A stretch of 64,000 nucleotides of DNA from positions 451-64,450 of the forward strand of contig JBHELD010000012.1 in assembly GCA_046263255.1 (NCBI GenBank), in the 5' to 3' direction. Positions within the stretch are counted from its first letter, which is position 1; each line of letters starts with the position of its first letter. Below the pieces are notes generated by a model. The model was not told the origin of the DNA and made no database searches. It saw nothing but the letters and a program-made list of their open reading frames with translations. This DNA comes from Actinomycetota bacterium (GTDB lineage Bacteria > Actinomycetota > CADDZG01 > WHSQ01). Shown here piece by piece: positions 52,009 to 60,999 of this stretch. The translations under genes were made by a program, and so were the position numbers.

Positions 52009-52170
52009 CTACGGCTGGTACGGCCCCGAGCACTTGCCGCCGACGTACACGCCGGTCGCGTCGCCGATCTTGCAGCGGACCGGCTGGATGATCGGGTCGG
52101 CCGAGGCCACCGCGGCCGGCGGCGCCCCCACGATGACGGCGGTGAGCACCGCCACGAACGCCCTGCGCAT
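52009..52170 (-). CDS. small secreted two-Cys peptide (53-aa precursor)
   Basis: A strong AAGGAGAAGGGGGAAG site precedes ATG 52170. Signal MRRAFVAVLTAVIVGAPPAAVASA, then DPIIQPVRCKIGDATGVYVGGKCSGPYQP. The track shows it only as the tail of a 160-aa ORF. Confidence 0.5.
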   Translation of the reverse strand: MRRAFVAVLTAVIVGAPPAAVASADPIIQPVRCKIGDATGVYVGGKCSGPYQP

Positions 52171-52296
52171 CGTCTTCCCCCTTCTCCTTCGTCTCCGCCA
52201 GACCGGATGTCTACCAAAGGGGTCCTCCGGCCGCAAAGGGTCTTTCGGGGTCAGGGGAGGAAGGAGAACTCCGCCGGGGCGGTGAACTCCTCGTAT

Positions 52297-52713
52297 ATGA
52301 GGAAGGCAGCTCTGCTGCGCGCGAGCGCCGCCGCCGCTGCGGCAGCCCTGGTGCTCGGCGTGCCGCCCCCCGCCCACGCGGCGGTCGCCGCGGCCGCGCC
52401 CGGAGGCTTCCTCGCCGGGTTCGCCACACCGGTCGTGGTGGCGGCGCAGGGCGAGGAGATCACGTTCTTCAACGCCGACGTCGCCCCGCACAACTTCGTC
52501 GCCGACGGCGTCTACCTCTCGAAGAAGGACGCGAAGAAGGCCCGGTGGTGCACGGCCTACACGTCAAAGAGCTGTCCGCTCTTCTGGAGCGCGACGATCA
52601 CGGCCGGCGAGACCACCGAGGTCGAGGGCATCGAGCGCCTCGAGTCCGGGCAGCGGTACCCGTTCTTCTGCACGGTCCACCCGGGCATGAAGGGGACGCT
52701 GGTCATCCGCTGA
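52297..52713 (+). CDS. cupredoxin (plastocyanin/azurin-like blue copper protein)
   Basis: Signal MRKAALLRASAAAAAAALVLGVPPPAHA. Type-1 copper site APHNF ... FFCTVHPGMKGTLVI (His, Cys-x2-His-x2-Met). GTG 52282 is an alternative start. Confidence 0.8.
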   Translation: MRKAALLRASAAAAAAALVLGVPPPAHAAVAAAAPGGFLAGFATPVVVAAQGEEITFFNADVAPHNFVADGVYLSKKDAKKARWCTAYTSKSCPLFWSATITAGETTEVEGIERLESGQRYPFFCTVHPGMKGTLVIR

Positions 52714-53951
52714 TGCGCCGGAGCCCGCGCCTTCTCGCCACTCTGGCCGTGGCCGCGACCTCCTTCGCAGCCACCAGCATCTCGGCGGCCCCGGCGTCCC
52801 CCGTCTCCCTCGTCCAACCCGGCTTCGTCGTCACGCCCTTCGCGGAGACACGGGGGACGCCGACGAGCCTCGCCTTCAGCCCCGACGGCGACACGCTGTA
52901 CGTCACCGACCTCGTCAGCGGCAACGTGCTCGCGATCGACTCGACCGGGCTCGTGGAGACGTTCGCGGAAGGCTTCAGGAGCCCCCTGGGAGTGGTCGCG
53001 GGGAGAGACGGGACCGTCTACGTCGCAGACGCGCAGGCCGCGCGCGAGGGCCCGTTCGGCTTCCGCAGCTACGGGCGCGTCTGGCGCGTGCGCGACACGG
53101 ACGACGACGGGATCGCAGACAAGCAGCGCGTGGTGCTGAAGGACCTGCCGAACGGACGGCACAACACGAACGGCCTCGCGTTCGGGCCCGACGGCATGCT
53201 CTACGTCGCGAACGGGAACTCGACCGACGACGGCGTCGAGGGCGGCGAGTCCGAGGTCGAGCCGTGGTCGGGCTCGGTCGTGAGGGTCGGCCCCCGAGCG
53301 CGCAAGGTCTCGGTGACGAAGCTCCCGCGCAGCGCGCTGGTCGCGCACGGCTGGCGCAACGTCTACGACCTCGCGTTCTCGCCGGTCGAGCCGACGAAGC
53401 TCTTCGTTCCGATGAACGGCGCCGACGACGCACGCCAGGGCTCGACCGGGGAGAACCCGGTGGACCCGAATCTCGAGGACTCCGACGACCTGCTCTACGT
53501 CACCGACGTGGACGACCGGCGCGTCGACGACTTCGCCTTCCCCTCGTGCCTCTACAACCTCGCCGAGCGCGGGAACCTCGAGCCCTACCAGAACCCCAAC
53601 CCGGACGTCATCGAGCGCTTCGGGCCGTGCCGCAGGCGGACGGTCCCGCGGCCGGTGTCGTCGTTCGGGCTCCACCCGTCGGCGAACGGGCTCGCGTTCC
53701 AGACCACCGACGCGTGGGGGGAGGACTACCGCGACGACCTCTTCGTCGCCGAGTGGGGCAGCATCTTCGGACCTCCCGCGGGGCACAAGGTCGTGCGCGT
53801 CGAGCTCGACGAGACGGGGACGAAGGTCACGGGGCAGAGCGACTTCGTCGAGATGGACACGCCCCTCGACGTGACCTTCCATCCCGAGGGGGCCGCGCTG
53901 TACGTGGCGGACTTCTCGGGGGCGATCTTCAAGGTCGAGAAGGCGATCTGA
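52713..53951 (+). CDS. PQQ-dependent sugar (glucose/sorbosone) dehydrogenase-like beta-propeller
   Basis: Signal MRRSPRLLATLAVAATSFAATSISA. GRHNTNGLAFGPDGMLYVANGNSTDDG, GWRNVYDLAFSP and HPSANGLAFQT resemble GSDH-family blocks. The ATG overlaps the cupredoxin stop (TGATG). Confidence 0.75.
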   Translation: MRRSPRLLATLAVAATSFAATSISAAPASPVSLVQPGFVVTPFAETRGTPTSLAFSPDGDTLYVTDLVSGNVLAIDSTGLVETFAEGFRSPLGVVAGRDGTVYVADAQAAREGPFGFRSYGRVWRVRDTDDDGIADKQRVVLKDLPNGRHNTNGLAFGPDGMLYVANGNSTDDGVEGGESEVEPWSGSVVRVGPRARKVSVTKLPRSALVAHGWRNVYDLAFSPVEPTKLFVPMNGADDARQGSTGENPVDPNLEDSDDLLYVTDVDDRRVDDFAFPSCLYNLAERGNLEPYQNPNPDVIERFGPCRRRTVPRPVSSFGLHPSANGLAFQTTDAWGEDYRDDLFVAEWGSIFGPPAGHKVVRVELDETGTKVTGQSDFVEMDTPLDVTFHPEGAALYVADFSGAIFKVEKAI

Positions 53952-54012
53952 CCGGCCGCCGCTCAGACGGCGGCGCGGCCTCCAACGGCCTCATGCTCGC
54001 GTCGTGCGGCAG

Positions 54013-54038
54013 CGCGATACGCACCGGCGCGTATCGCG
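54013..54038. terminator. candidate bidirectional terminator hairpin
   Basis: CGCGATACGC-ACCGGC-GCGTATCGCG (10-bp stem) between convergent genes ending at 53951 (+) and 54070 (-). There is no U-tract. Confidence 0.35.
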
Positions 54039-54069
54039 GGCTCGGCGGCGCGGGTGGGCCGCCGGCCCC

Positions 54070-54747
54070 TCAGACGCCCGCGAGCCGCCTCAGGGCCCCC
54101 ATGTCCTTCAGGACGATCTGCCTTCCCGCGATGAGCAGGTAGCCGCGGCCCTCGAAGGTCTTCAGGATCTGGTTCACCGTCGGGCGGGATCCCGCGACCA
54201 TCGCGGCGATCTCCCCCTGCGTGACCTTCAGGTCGAGCAGCGTCCCGGCGGGGCCCTCGGCGGCGTCCTCGGCGAACGACAGCAGCAGCTTCGCGACGCG
54301 CCCGTGCAGGTCGAGGAAAACCAGATCCTCGGTCCGGTCCTGCAGCCGGCGGATCAGCTTGCCGAGCATGCGGAGGTACGCGTCGACGAGCCGGGGATGC
54401 TCACCGAGGAGAGCGAAGAACGCGGCGCGGGTGAAGACGAGCAGCCGCGCGGCTTCGACCACCTCCGCAGACGCCGAGCGCGGGCCCCCGTCGACCAGCG
54501 CGACCTCGCCCAGGATCGCCGGCGACTCGAACACGCCGAGGTGCAGCTCGGCGCCCTCCTCCGACGTGACGAATGCCTTCACCCGTCCCTCGAGGATCAC
54601 GTACAGCGCGTCGCCGGGATCCTGCTGGTAGAAGAGGATCTGCCCCTTCGGGTAGGAGCGCGCGATGCCCCTGCGGGCGATCGTGTCGAGGTCCCCGGGC
54701 GACAGGCCGCCGAACAGCTCCGTCCGCGCCAAGACCTCCGCACTCAC
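54070..54747 (-). CDS. Crp/Fnr family transcriptional regulator
   Basis: cNMP-binding domain (LFGGLSPGDLDTIA...GDALYVILEGRVK...LGEVALVDGGPRSASA) and C-terminal HTH (TQGEIAAMVAGSRPTVNQILKTFEGRGY). Start GTG 54747. Confidence 0.85.
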   Translation of the reverse strand: MSAEVLARTELFGGLSPGDLDTIARRGIARSYPKGQILFYQQDPGDALYVILEGRVKAFVTSEEGAELHLGVFESPAILGEVALVDGGPRSASAEVVEAARLLVFTRAAFFALLGEHPRLVDAYLRMLGKLIRRLQDRTEDLVFLDLHGRVAKLLLSFAEDAAEGPAGTLLDLKVTQGEIAAMVAGSRPTVNQILKTFEGRGYLLIAGRQIVLKDMGALRRLAGV

Positions 54748-55298
54748 TATCCAGCCCGCTCCTTGTGCCGTGCCCGGAACGCCGCGACGTTCACCCGCGT
54801 GGAACACTGCGGATCGCAGTACCGCCGCGATCGGTTGCGCGAAGTATCTACGAATACGTCGGCGCAGTCATCGGCGTTGCAGACGCCGAGTCTCTCCCAT
54901 CCCCAGCGCACGATGACGGTAGCGAGACCCATCGCGGCGGCGGCGGCCACGCGGTCGGCGAGCGGCGCGTCGTCGGCCGCGAAGTGGAGGTGCCACCGCC
55001 CGTCGTGGTCGGTCATCTGCGGCGCCGCCCCCGACCGGGCGAGCAGCTCGTTGATCCGTCGCGCCGCCTCCTTCTCGTCGGGCGCTTCGAAGATCGCCCG
55101 CAGGGGCGCGCGCAGCGCCCGCAACGCCTCGAGGTCGGGCTCCTCCACCGGTCCGTAGCCCTCGAGGCCCTGCGCGTCGAGGAGCGCGCGGGCGTCGTCC
55201 GGCGTCCTCACGTGCTCGTATCCCGAGACGGACCCCAAGGAGTTCACGAGGTTTACGGCGATGCCGACGCCGGGATCTGTGTAATGGTCGAAATCCAT
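54747..55298 (-). CDS. CGNR zinc finger domain protein (ABATE + zf-CGNR)
   Basis: The C-terminal CNADDCADVFVDTSRNRSRRYCDPQCSTRVNVAAFRARH is the CGNR zinc finger. Start set at ATG 55298 behind GAAGGTAAG. Confidence 0.8.
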   Translation of the reverse strand: MDFDHYTDPGVGIAVNLVNSLGSVSGYEHVRTPDDARALLDAQGLEGYGPVEEPDLEALRALRAPLRAIFEAPDEKEAARRINELLARSGAAPQMTDHDGRWHLHFAADDAPLADRVAAAAAMGLATVIVRWGWERLGVCNADDCADVFVDTSRNRSRRYCDPQCSTRVNVAAFRARHKERAG

Positions 55299-55372
55299 TT
55301 GACTTCTTACCTTCGCCGGCATATGTTGTAACGGTCATCGAAAGTATAGCCCATTACGAAAGGAGGGCGCCA

Positions 55373-55582
55373 GTGCACCCGGTAATCCTCCGCCACGTCG
55401 CCCAGGACCACGTCCGCACGTTGATCGAGGAGGCCGACCGCCACCGGCTCGCGCGGCTTGCTCCGGCGCGGCGCTCTCCGCGCCTGCGCCGGCGCCTCGG
55501 CCTCGGCCTGATCGCACTCGGCAACAGGCTCGCCTGCGACGGCCCCCGCGGCCTCGCCGGCGTGCGCGGGGGCCGCGCCTGA
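55373..55582 (+). CDS. small hypothetical protein (69 aa)
   Basis: A strong AAAGGAGGG site lies 5 nt upstream of GTG 55373. The helical Arg-rich N-terminus (ILRHVAQDHVRTLIEEADRHRLARLA) resembles common actinobacterial small ORFs. There is no functional evidence. Confidence 0.4.
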   Translation: MHPVILRHVAQDHVRTLIEEADRHRLARLAPARRSPRLRRRLGLGLIALGNRLACDGPRGLAGVRGGRA

Positions 55583-55619
55583 GCCCTGCCGTGTGACGGC
55601 ACGCGCCTAACATCCCGGG

Positions 55620-56597
55620 ATGCACAGGCTCGGGCTCACGATCGGTCTGGAAGGCGCAGGCTTGCGTTCGGCCCTCGAGCTCTGCACCCGCGCGGAGCAG
55701 CTCGGCTACACCGATCTCTGGACCGCGGAGGTCGGCGGCGCCGACGGTCTGACGCCGCTCGCCGCGCTGGCGACGACCACCCGTTCGGCCCGTCTCGGCA
55801 CCGCGATCCTCCCCGTCTTCACGCGGCCCCCCGCGTTGCTCGCGATGAGCGCCGCGGCGCTGCAGGACCTCAGCGGAGGACGCTTCGTCCTCGGGCTCGG
55901 GACGTCTTCGAACGTGATCGTCGAGAAGTGGATGGGCGGCTCGTTCACGCGCCCGCTGACGCGGCTGCGCGAGTACGTAGAGGTGATCCGCGCGTGCCTC
56001 GCCGGCGGGAAGGTCGAGTTCAACGGCCTGACGACGCACGTCGACGGGTTCCGCATCCAGCACGATCCGGGAGGGCGCCTCCCGGTTCACCTCGCGGCAC
56101 TCGGACCGACGGCGTGCGCGCTCGCGGGCGAGATCGCCGACGGCGTGATCTTCTTCCTGAAGACGCCCGACGGCGTCCGGCAGGGGCTCGAGTGGGCGAA
56201 CCCCGGCGCCGAGGGCTTCGAGTGCGTGATGCGCGTGCCGGTGCTCGTGGACGACGAGCCGGACGTGGTCGCGGCCGCGGCGCGGAGGCTGCTGCTGTCG
56301 TACGCGCCGGTCGAGGTCTACGCGCGCTCGCTCGCGGCGCAGGGATTCGGCGCCGAGGTCGCCGCGATCGGAGAGGCATGGGATTCGGGCGACCGCCGCC
56401 GCGCGACAGAGCTCGTCACCGACCGGATGATCGGCGAGCTGTTCGTGACCGGCGTCGGCGGCTGCAGGGCGCGCCTGGACGAGCTTCGCTCCGCCGGGGT
56501 GACGGCGCCCGTGCTGCTCCCGATGTCGTTCGTCGACGACGCCCTCGAACGTGCGCGGCGGGTCGCCGCCGCGGTCGAGGCGCTGGCTTTCTCCTGA
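55620..56597 (+). CDS. LLM class (luciferase-like) F420-dependent oxidoreductase
   Basis: LGYTDLWTAEVGGADGLTPLAALA...LGTAILPVFTRPPALLAMSAAALQDLSGGRFVLGLGTS is typical of the LLM family. Confidence 0.85.
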   Translation: MHRLGLTIGLEGAGLRSALELCTRAEQLGYTDLWTAEVGGADGLTPLAALATTTRSARLGTAILPVFTRPPALLAMSAAALQDLSGGRFVLGLGTSSNVIVEKWMGGSFTRPLTRLREYVEVIRACLAGGKVEFNGLTTHVDGFRIQHDPGGRLPVHLAALGPTACALAGEIADGVIFFLKTPDGVRQGLEWANPGAEGFECVMRVPVLVDDEPDVVAAAARRLLLSYAPVEVYARSLAAQGFGAEVAAIGEAWDSGDRRRATELVTDRMIGELFVTGVGGCRARLDELRSAGVTAPVLLPMSFVDDALERARRVAAAVEALAFS

Positions 56598-56599
56598 CT

Positions 56600-57214
56600 A
56601 TGGACGAGCGCCTTCGCCGCGCCGCGGAGGCAGCGCGCGGGTTCATGCCGCCGGACGAGGGCATCGCGCTCTACGAGGCGGCGCGCGCGGCGCCGCCGGG
56701 TCCTTTCGTCGAGGTCGGCAGCTACTGCGGGAAGTCGGCCGTCTACCTGGGGGCCGCGGCGCGCGCGTCCCGTACCGTCCTCTACTCCATCGACCATCAC
56801 CGCGGCTCCGAGGAGCACCAGCCGGGCGAGGAGTACCACGATCCCGGCCTCGTCGACGCGGCCGGCCGGGTCGACACGTTTCCCGAGTTCCGCCGCACGA
56901 TCGAGGGGGCAGGCCTGAGCGACGTCGTGGTCCCGATCGTCGCGCGCTCGGCGGTCGCGGCGTGCGGCTGGGCGACGCCCGTCGCGTTGCTGTTCGTGGA
57001 CGGAGGTCACAGCCAGCCCGCGGCCGACGCCGACTACGCCGGCTGGTCTCCGCACGTCGCACCCGGCGGGCTGCTCGCGATCCACGACGTGTTCGAGGAT
57101 CCCGCCGACGGCGGCCGGCCCCCCTACGTGGTCTACAGGCGTGCGATCGACTCGGGAACGTTCGCCGAGGTCTCGGCCACCGGCTCGCTGCGGGTGTTGA
57201 CGCGCGTGGGGTGA
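56600..57214 (+). CDS. class I SAM-dependent methyltransferase (Methyltransf_24-like)
   Basis: FVEVGSYCGKSAVYLG (SAM-binding glycine-rich motif), LLFVDGGHS and GGLLAIHDV. ATG 56600 lies 2 nt after the LLM stop. Confidence 0.7.
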   Translation: MDERLRRAAEAARGFMPPDEGIALYEAARAAPPGPFVEVGSYCGKSAVYLGAAARASRTVLYSIDHHRGSEEHQPGEEYHDPGLVDAAGRVDTFPEFRRTIEGAGLSDVVVPIVARSAVAACGWATPVALLFVDGGHSQPAADADYAGWSPHVAPGGLLAIHDVFEDPADGGRPPYVVYRRAIDSGTFAEVSATGSLRVLTRVG

Positions 57215-58188
57215 AAGAACGCGGACGTGGCGCTCGATCCCTTCAGCGCGTCCGCCGCGAGCAACGCCGCGCCGGCGCCCCACGTCGTGGTCTCGAGCGG
57301 CCACACCACGTCCTCCGGCCACGTCGCGCCGGTCCAGTAGTCCCCCGACGGGCACCGGAGGTGCTGGACCCACGAGAACAGCTCGGCGGCCGCCGCGCGC
57401 TCACCCGCAGCGTCCAGCGCGAGGACGAGCTCGCAGGTCTCGCCCGCCGTCACCCACGGCCGGTCCGACACGCAGCGCGCGCCGCGGCCGTCGACGACGA
57501 ACTCGTCCCACCGCGCCGCCAGGTGTGCGCGCGCGGCCGCACCCGTTACCACGCCGCCGAGCACCGGGTAGTACCAGTCCATCGAGAACCGGTCCTTGCG
57601 CTCGAAACCGTGAGGGCCGCGGGCGACTGCGGCGGCGAGCGCGTCGCGTGCCAGCTCCCAGTCGAGGCGCTCGAGGCCCAGCTCCGCGGCCGCGGCCAGA
57701 GCGGAGTCGAGGCTCAGGTGGATGCACGCCGAGGACGTCAGCAGCGCCCCGGGCCACGGCCGGTACGCCGGGTCGCGCGCCCAGGCGACGGCGCCGTCCG
57801 CCATCTGCAGGTCGAGCACGAACGACAGCGCGCGGTCGGTGGTGGGCTGCGCCCACGCCAGGAAGTCGAGGTCGTCCGTTGCCAGGTAGTGGTGCCATGT
57901 GCCGGCGGCGAAGTAGGCGCAGAAGTTGGCGTCGAGTGTCGCGTCTTCCACGGCGCCGTCTCGGTACGCGGCCGCCCAGGCGCCGTCCGGCCGCTGCGTC
58001 CCCGCCAGCCATCGGTAGGCCGCGGCCGCCGCGGCGTGACGACGCGCGGCGTCGAGACCCATCGCGGCCTCGACCATGTTCCACGGGTCGAGGTGACCGC
58101 CTCCGTACCACGGGATCGACCCGTCCCGCAGCTGGACGCGCTCGATCGCATCCGCGGTCGCGTCCACCAGCGCGCGGTCAAGCGACAC
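57133..58188 (-). CDS. prenyltransferase/squalene-oxidase-repeat-like protein
   Basis: Repeated Q/R-x-x-DG-x-W motifs (LRDGSIPWYGG, QRPDGAWAA, QMADGAVAW, CPSGDYWTG). Last gene of a GT4-methyltransferase-prenyltransferase string that I recall as conserved in Actinobacteria. Confidence 0.65.
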   Translation of the reverse strand: MSLDRALVDATADAIERVQLRDGSIPWYGGGHLDPWNMVEAAMGLDAARRHAAAAAAYRWLAGTQRPDGAWAAAYRDGAVEDATLDANFCAYFAAGTWHHYLATDDLDFLAWAQPTTDRALSFVLDLQMADGAVAWARDPAYRPWPGALLTSSACIHLSLDSALAAAAELGLERLDWELARDALAAAVARGPHGFERKDRFSMDWYYPVLGGVVTGAAARAHLAARWDEFVVDGRGARCVSDRPWVTAGETCELVLALDAAGERAAAAELFSWVQHLRCPSGDYWTGATWPEDVVWPLETTTWGAGAALLAADALKGSSATSAFFHPTRVNTRSEPVAETSANVPESIARL

Positions 58189-58912
58189 GGTTCAGCTCGC
58201 GGCGCGCCGGCTTCGTGAGGTAGACCACGACGCTCTTGCCGAGCACGGGGTTCAGCGCGCGTTCCAGCAGCCTCGTAACCGGGGGCCGAGCGGTCATGTC
58301 CCAGACGAGGAAGCGGTGGTAGAGCCGCGGCAGCAGCGACTCGCGGCCCGGCCCGGTCGCGCACCTGATCCACCAATACGGGGAGTGCAGCGCGTGCGCG
58401 TGGTCCACTCCGTCGACCTCGAACCCCGAGTCCTTCAGCCTCCGCGTCAGCTGCGACGTCCGGTAGATCCGGACGTGTCCGCCCTCGTTCGAGTGGTACT
58501 CGCTCGACAGCGCCCAGCAGACGCGCTCGGGCCACCAGCGAGGGACGGTGACGACCGCGCGGCCCCCGGGGGCAAGCACGCGGCTCAGCTCGGCGATCGC
58601 GACCGAGTCCGACGAGATGTGCTCGAGGGTCTCCGACGCGACGACCCTGTCGAAGCTCCCGTCGGCGAACGGGAGCCTCAGCAGGTCCGCCCGCACGGCG
58701 TCGAAGGAGCCGCCGGGACCCGCCTGCCCCTCGTCGCACATCGCGGCCGCCAGCGCGGCGACGTCCCGCAGCGCCCGTTCGTCGAGGTCCGCGGCGACCA
58801 CCCGGGCGCCCCTGCGCAGGGCCTCGAACGCGTGCCGCCCCATCCCGCAGCCGGCGTCGAGCACCCTCGTCCCCGGCTCGATCCCGAGCCGGTCGTAGTC
58901 GAAGGTCAGCAC
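58178..58912 (-). CDS. class I SAM-dependent methyltransferase
   Basis: VLDAGCGMGRHA (motif I), VVAADLD and FDRVVASETLEHI. GTG 58912 overlaps the end of the GT4 gene by 7 nt. Confidence 0.85.
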   Translation of the reverse strand: MLTFDYDRLGIEPGTRVLDAGCGMGRHAFEALRRGARVVAADLDERALRDVAALAAAMCDEGQAGPGGSFDAVRADLLRLPFADGSFDRVVASETLEHISSDSVAIAELSRVLAPGGRAVVTVPRWWPERVCWALSSEYHSNEGGHVRIYRTSQLTRRLKDSGFEVDGVDHAHALHSPYWWIRCATGPGRESLLPRLYHRFLVWDMTARPPVTRLLERALNPVLGKSVVVYLTKPARRELNRVA

Positions 58913-60153
58913 CGGTCGAGCACCCTCCGGTACTCCTCGACCGTCGCCTCTGCGGACGAGCGCCAGGTGAAGCGTTCGAGCGCGCGCCGGCGCGCCGCGC
59001 GCGCGAGCCGCGCTCGCAGACGCCCGTCGTCGAGCACCCGGCCGATCGCCGACGCAAGGGCGCCTGCGTCCCCCGGCGGGACCAGCAGCGCGGTCTCGCC
59101 GTGGCGGCCGGCGACCTCCGGGAGAGCGCCTCCCCTCGTCGTTACGAGCGGCACGCCGCACGACATCGCCTCGACCGCCGGGAACGAGAACCCCTCGTAG
59201 AGCGACGGCACTACGGCGGCCTGCGCCTGCGCGTACAGCCCCACGAGCTCTAGCTTGTCGACGCGCCCCGCGAAGCGGATCGCGTCCTCCACGCCATAGC
59301 GGCGCGCGGCCGCGCGGAACCCCGGCGAGTCCGCGCCGTGGCCCGCGAGGACGAGGTCGGCGGCACGCTCGGTCCGGACCTTCGCGAGCGCCTCGACGAG
59401 GTGGACGACCCCCTTCATCGGCAGGTCCGCGCTGACGATCGCGATGATCCTCCCGGGGACGGCGCGCACGTGGTCGAGCGGGCGGAAGAGGTCGGGATCG
59501 ACGCCGTTGTGCACGATCCCGATCGCGTGCTCGGGCACGCCGAACGCGCGCGCCGTGTCGGTGCGAGACGCCGCCGATACCGTGAGCAGGCGCGGGAGCC
59601 TCCGCGCGACGCGGGCCTGCATCCTCGTGAAGCCGTACCAGCGCCAGAGCCGCGCCCGTTCGCGGCGCCCGGGAGCCTCAGCGATCGCGAGGTGTCGGTC
59701 GACGGTGATCGGGTGGTGGACGGTCGCCACCACGGGGATCTCCCGAGCGATCCTCAGCAGGCCGTAGCCGAGGCACTGGTTGTCGTGGACGACGTCGAAG
59801 TCGCGCCGACGCTTTGCGAGCGCGCGGGCGGCGCGGAGGCTGAACGTCAGCGGCTCGGGGAACGCGCCGCAGCACATCAGCCCGTACTCCAGCGCGTTCG
59901 TGGGTGCGCGCAGCTCCGCGAGCCGCGGCCGCCGGAAGGGGTCGTCAGGACGGTAGAGGTCGAGGCTCGGGACGCGCGTGGAACGGACGTGGTCGTCCAG
60001 GTCGGGATACGGCTGCCCGGAGAAGACCTCTACCGAGTGACCGAGCTCGGCGAGCGCGCGGCTGAGGTAGTGGACGTAGACTCCCTGGCCACCCACGTGC
60101 GGGTGCCCCCGATAGGTGAGGAGGGCGACCCGCAGCCGCCGTGGGGAAGTCAC
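58906..60153 (-). CDS. glycosyltransferase family 4 protein
   Basis: LRVALLTYRGHPHVGGQGVYVHYLSRALAELGH N-terminal GT-B motif and C-terminal EGFSFPAVEAMSCGVPLVTT (E-x7-E region). Confidence 0.85.
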   Translation of the reverse strand: MTSPRRLRVALLTYRGHPHVGGQGVYVHYLSRALAELGHSVEVFSGQPYPDLDDHVRSTRVPSLDLYRPDDPFRRPRLAELRAPTNALEYGLMCCGAFPEPLTFSLRAARALAKRRRDFDVVHDNQCLGYGLLRIAREIPVVATVHHPITVDRHLAIAEAPGRRERARLWRWYGFTRMQARVARRLPRLLTVSAASRTDTARAFGVPEHAIGIVHNGVDPDLFRPLDHVRAVPGRIIAIVSADLPMKGVVHLVEALAKVRTERAADLVLAGHGADSPGFRAAARRYGVEDAIRFAGRVDKLELVGLYAQAQAAVVPSLYEGFSFPAVEAMSCGVPLVTTRGGALPEVAGRHGETALLVPPGDAGALASAIGRVLDDGRLRARLARAARRRALERFTWRSSAEATVEEYRRVLDRC

Positions 60154-60165
60154 GAGGCCGACAGC

Positions 60166-60567
60166 TTACGCAGTCTCTTGTGTGGTCCGGCCCCGCCCGT
60201 CCCGTTCCCGCCGCAGCCCGTGGAGGACCAGCCGCGCGCCGACGAGGACGAGGAAGACCCCGAAGCAGACCTTGAGCGTCTCGCCGGGGACCGCGAGCGC
60301 AAGCCGCGCCCCCGCGTACGCGCCCGCGATCCCGCCGGCGCCGAGCAGGGCGGCGCCCCGCAGGTCGACGTACCCCCGCCGCGAGTGGGCGATCGCGCCG
60401 GCGACGGCCGTGGGGACCACCACGAGGAGCGCCGTGCCCTCGGACGCGTGCTGGCCGAGGCCGAGGACGAGCGTCATGAACGGGACCATCAACACGCTGC
60501 CGCCGACGCCGAAGAGCGCCGAGAAGACGCCGACGACGACGCCGGTCAGCAGGACGACGACGTTCAC
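60166..60567 (-). CDS. half-size TauE/SafE (DUF81) family membrane protein, downstream half-gene
   Basis: 133 aa. FSALFGVGGSVLMVPFM...GAIAHSRRGYVD...GIAGAYAGARLA matches TauE-type repeats. GTG 60567 overlaps the upstream half-gene stop as GTGA. Confidence 0.75.
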   Translation of the reverse strand: MNVVVLLTGVVVGVFSALFGVGGSVLMVPFMTLVLGLGQHASEGTALLVVVPTAVAGAIAHSRRGYVDLRGAALLGAGGIAGAYAGARLALAVPGETLKVCFGVFLVLVGARLVLHGLRRERDGRGRTTQETA

Positions 60568-60938
60568 CCGGCGACCATCGTGACGCCGACGGCGACGAGG
60601 AAGACACCGAACGCGGCCTCGAGCGACCTCTCCCCCACCGCCGCCATCGCCCGGGCGCCGAGCGGCGCGCCGGCTACCGCCCCGAGCGCGAGCAGCGCAG
60701 CAGTGTCGTACTCGACGGCCCCCTCGGTCGCGAACACCGCTACCGCAACCGACGCGATCGGGACTATCGCCGCGAGCGACGTCGCGTGGGCGCGATGCTG
60801 CGAGAACGCGAGCAGCGCCACCAGGAGCGGGACCATCACGGTCCCCCCACCGACGCCGAGCAAGCCGCTCGCGGCGCCGGCGGCGAACCCGATCGCGAGC
60901 AAGGCGGTGCCGCGTCTGCTTTCCCGATCGCCAACCAT
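60564..60938 (-). CDS. half-size TauE/SafE (DUF81) family membrane protein, upstream half-gene
   Basis: 124 aa. ASGLLGVGGGTVMVPLL...VAGAPLGARAMA is clearly homologous to the adjacent half-gene. Confidence 0.75.
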   Translation of the reverse strand: MVGDRESRRGTALLAIGFAAGAASGLLGVGGGTVMVPLLVALLAFSQHRAHATSLAAIVPIASVAVAVFATEGAVEYDTAALLALGAVAGAPLGARAMAAVGERSLEAAFGVFLVAVGVTMVAG

Positions 60939-60999
60939 CTTGACCGCATCTTCGCGCGCTCTCTAGCGTGGGAGGCCGTCGAGAAGAAGGGGTGGGCTC

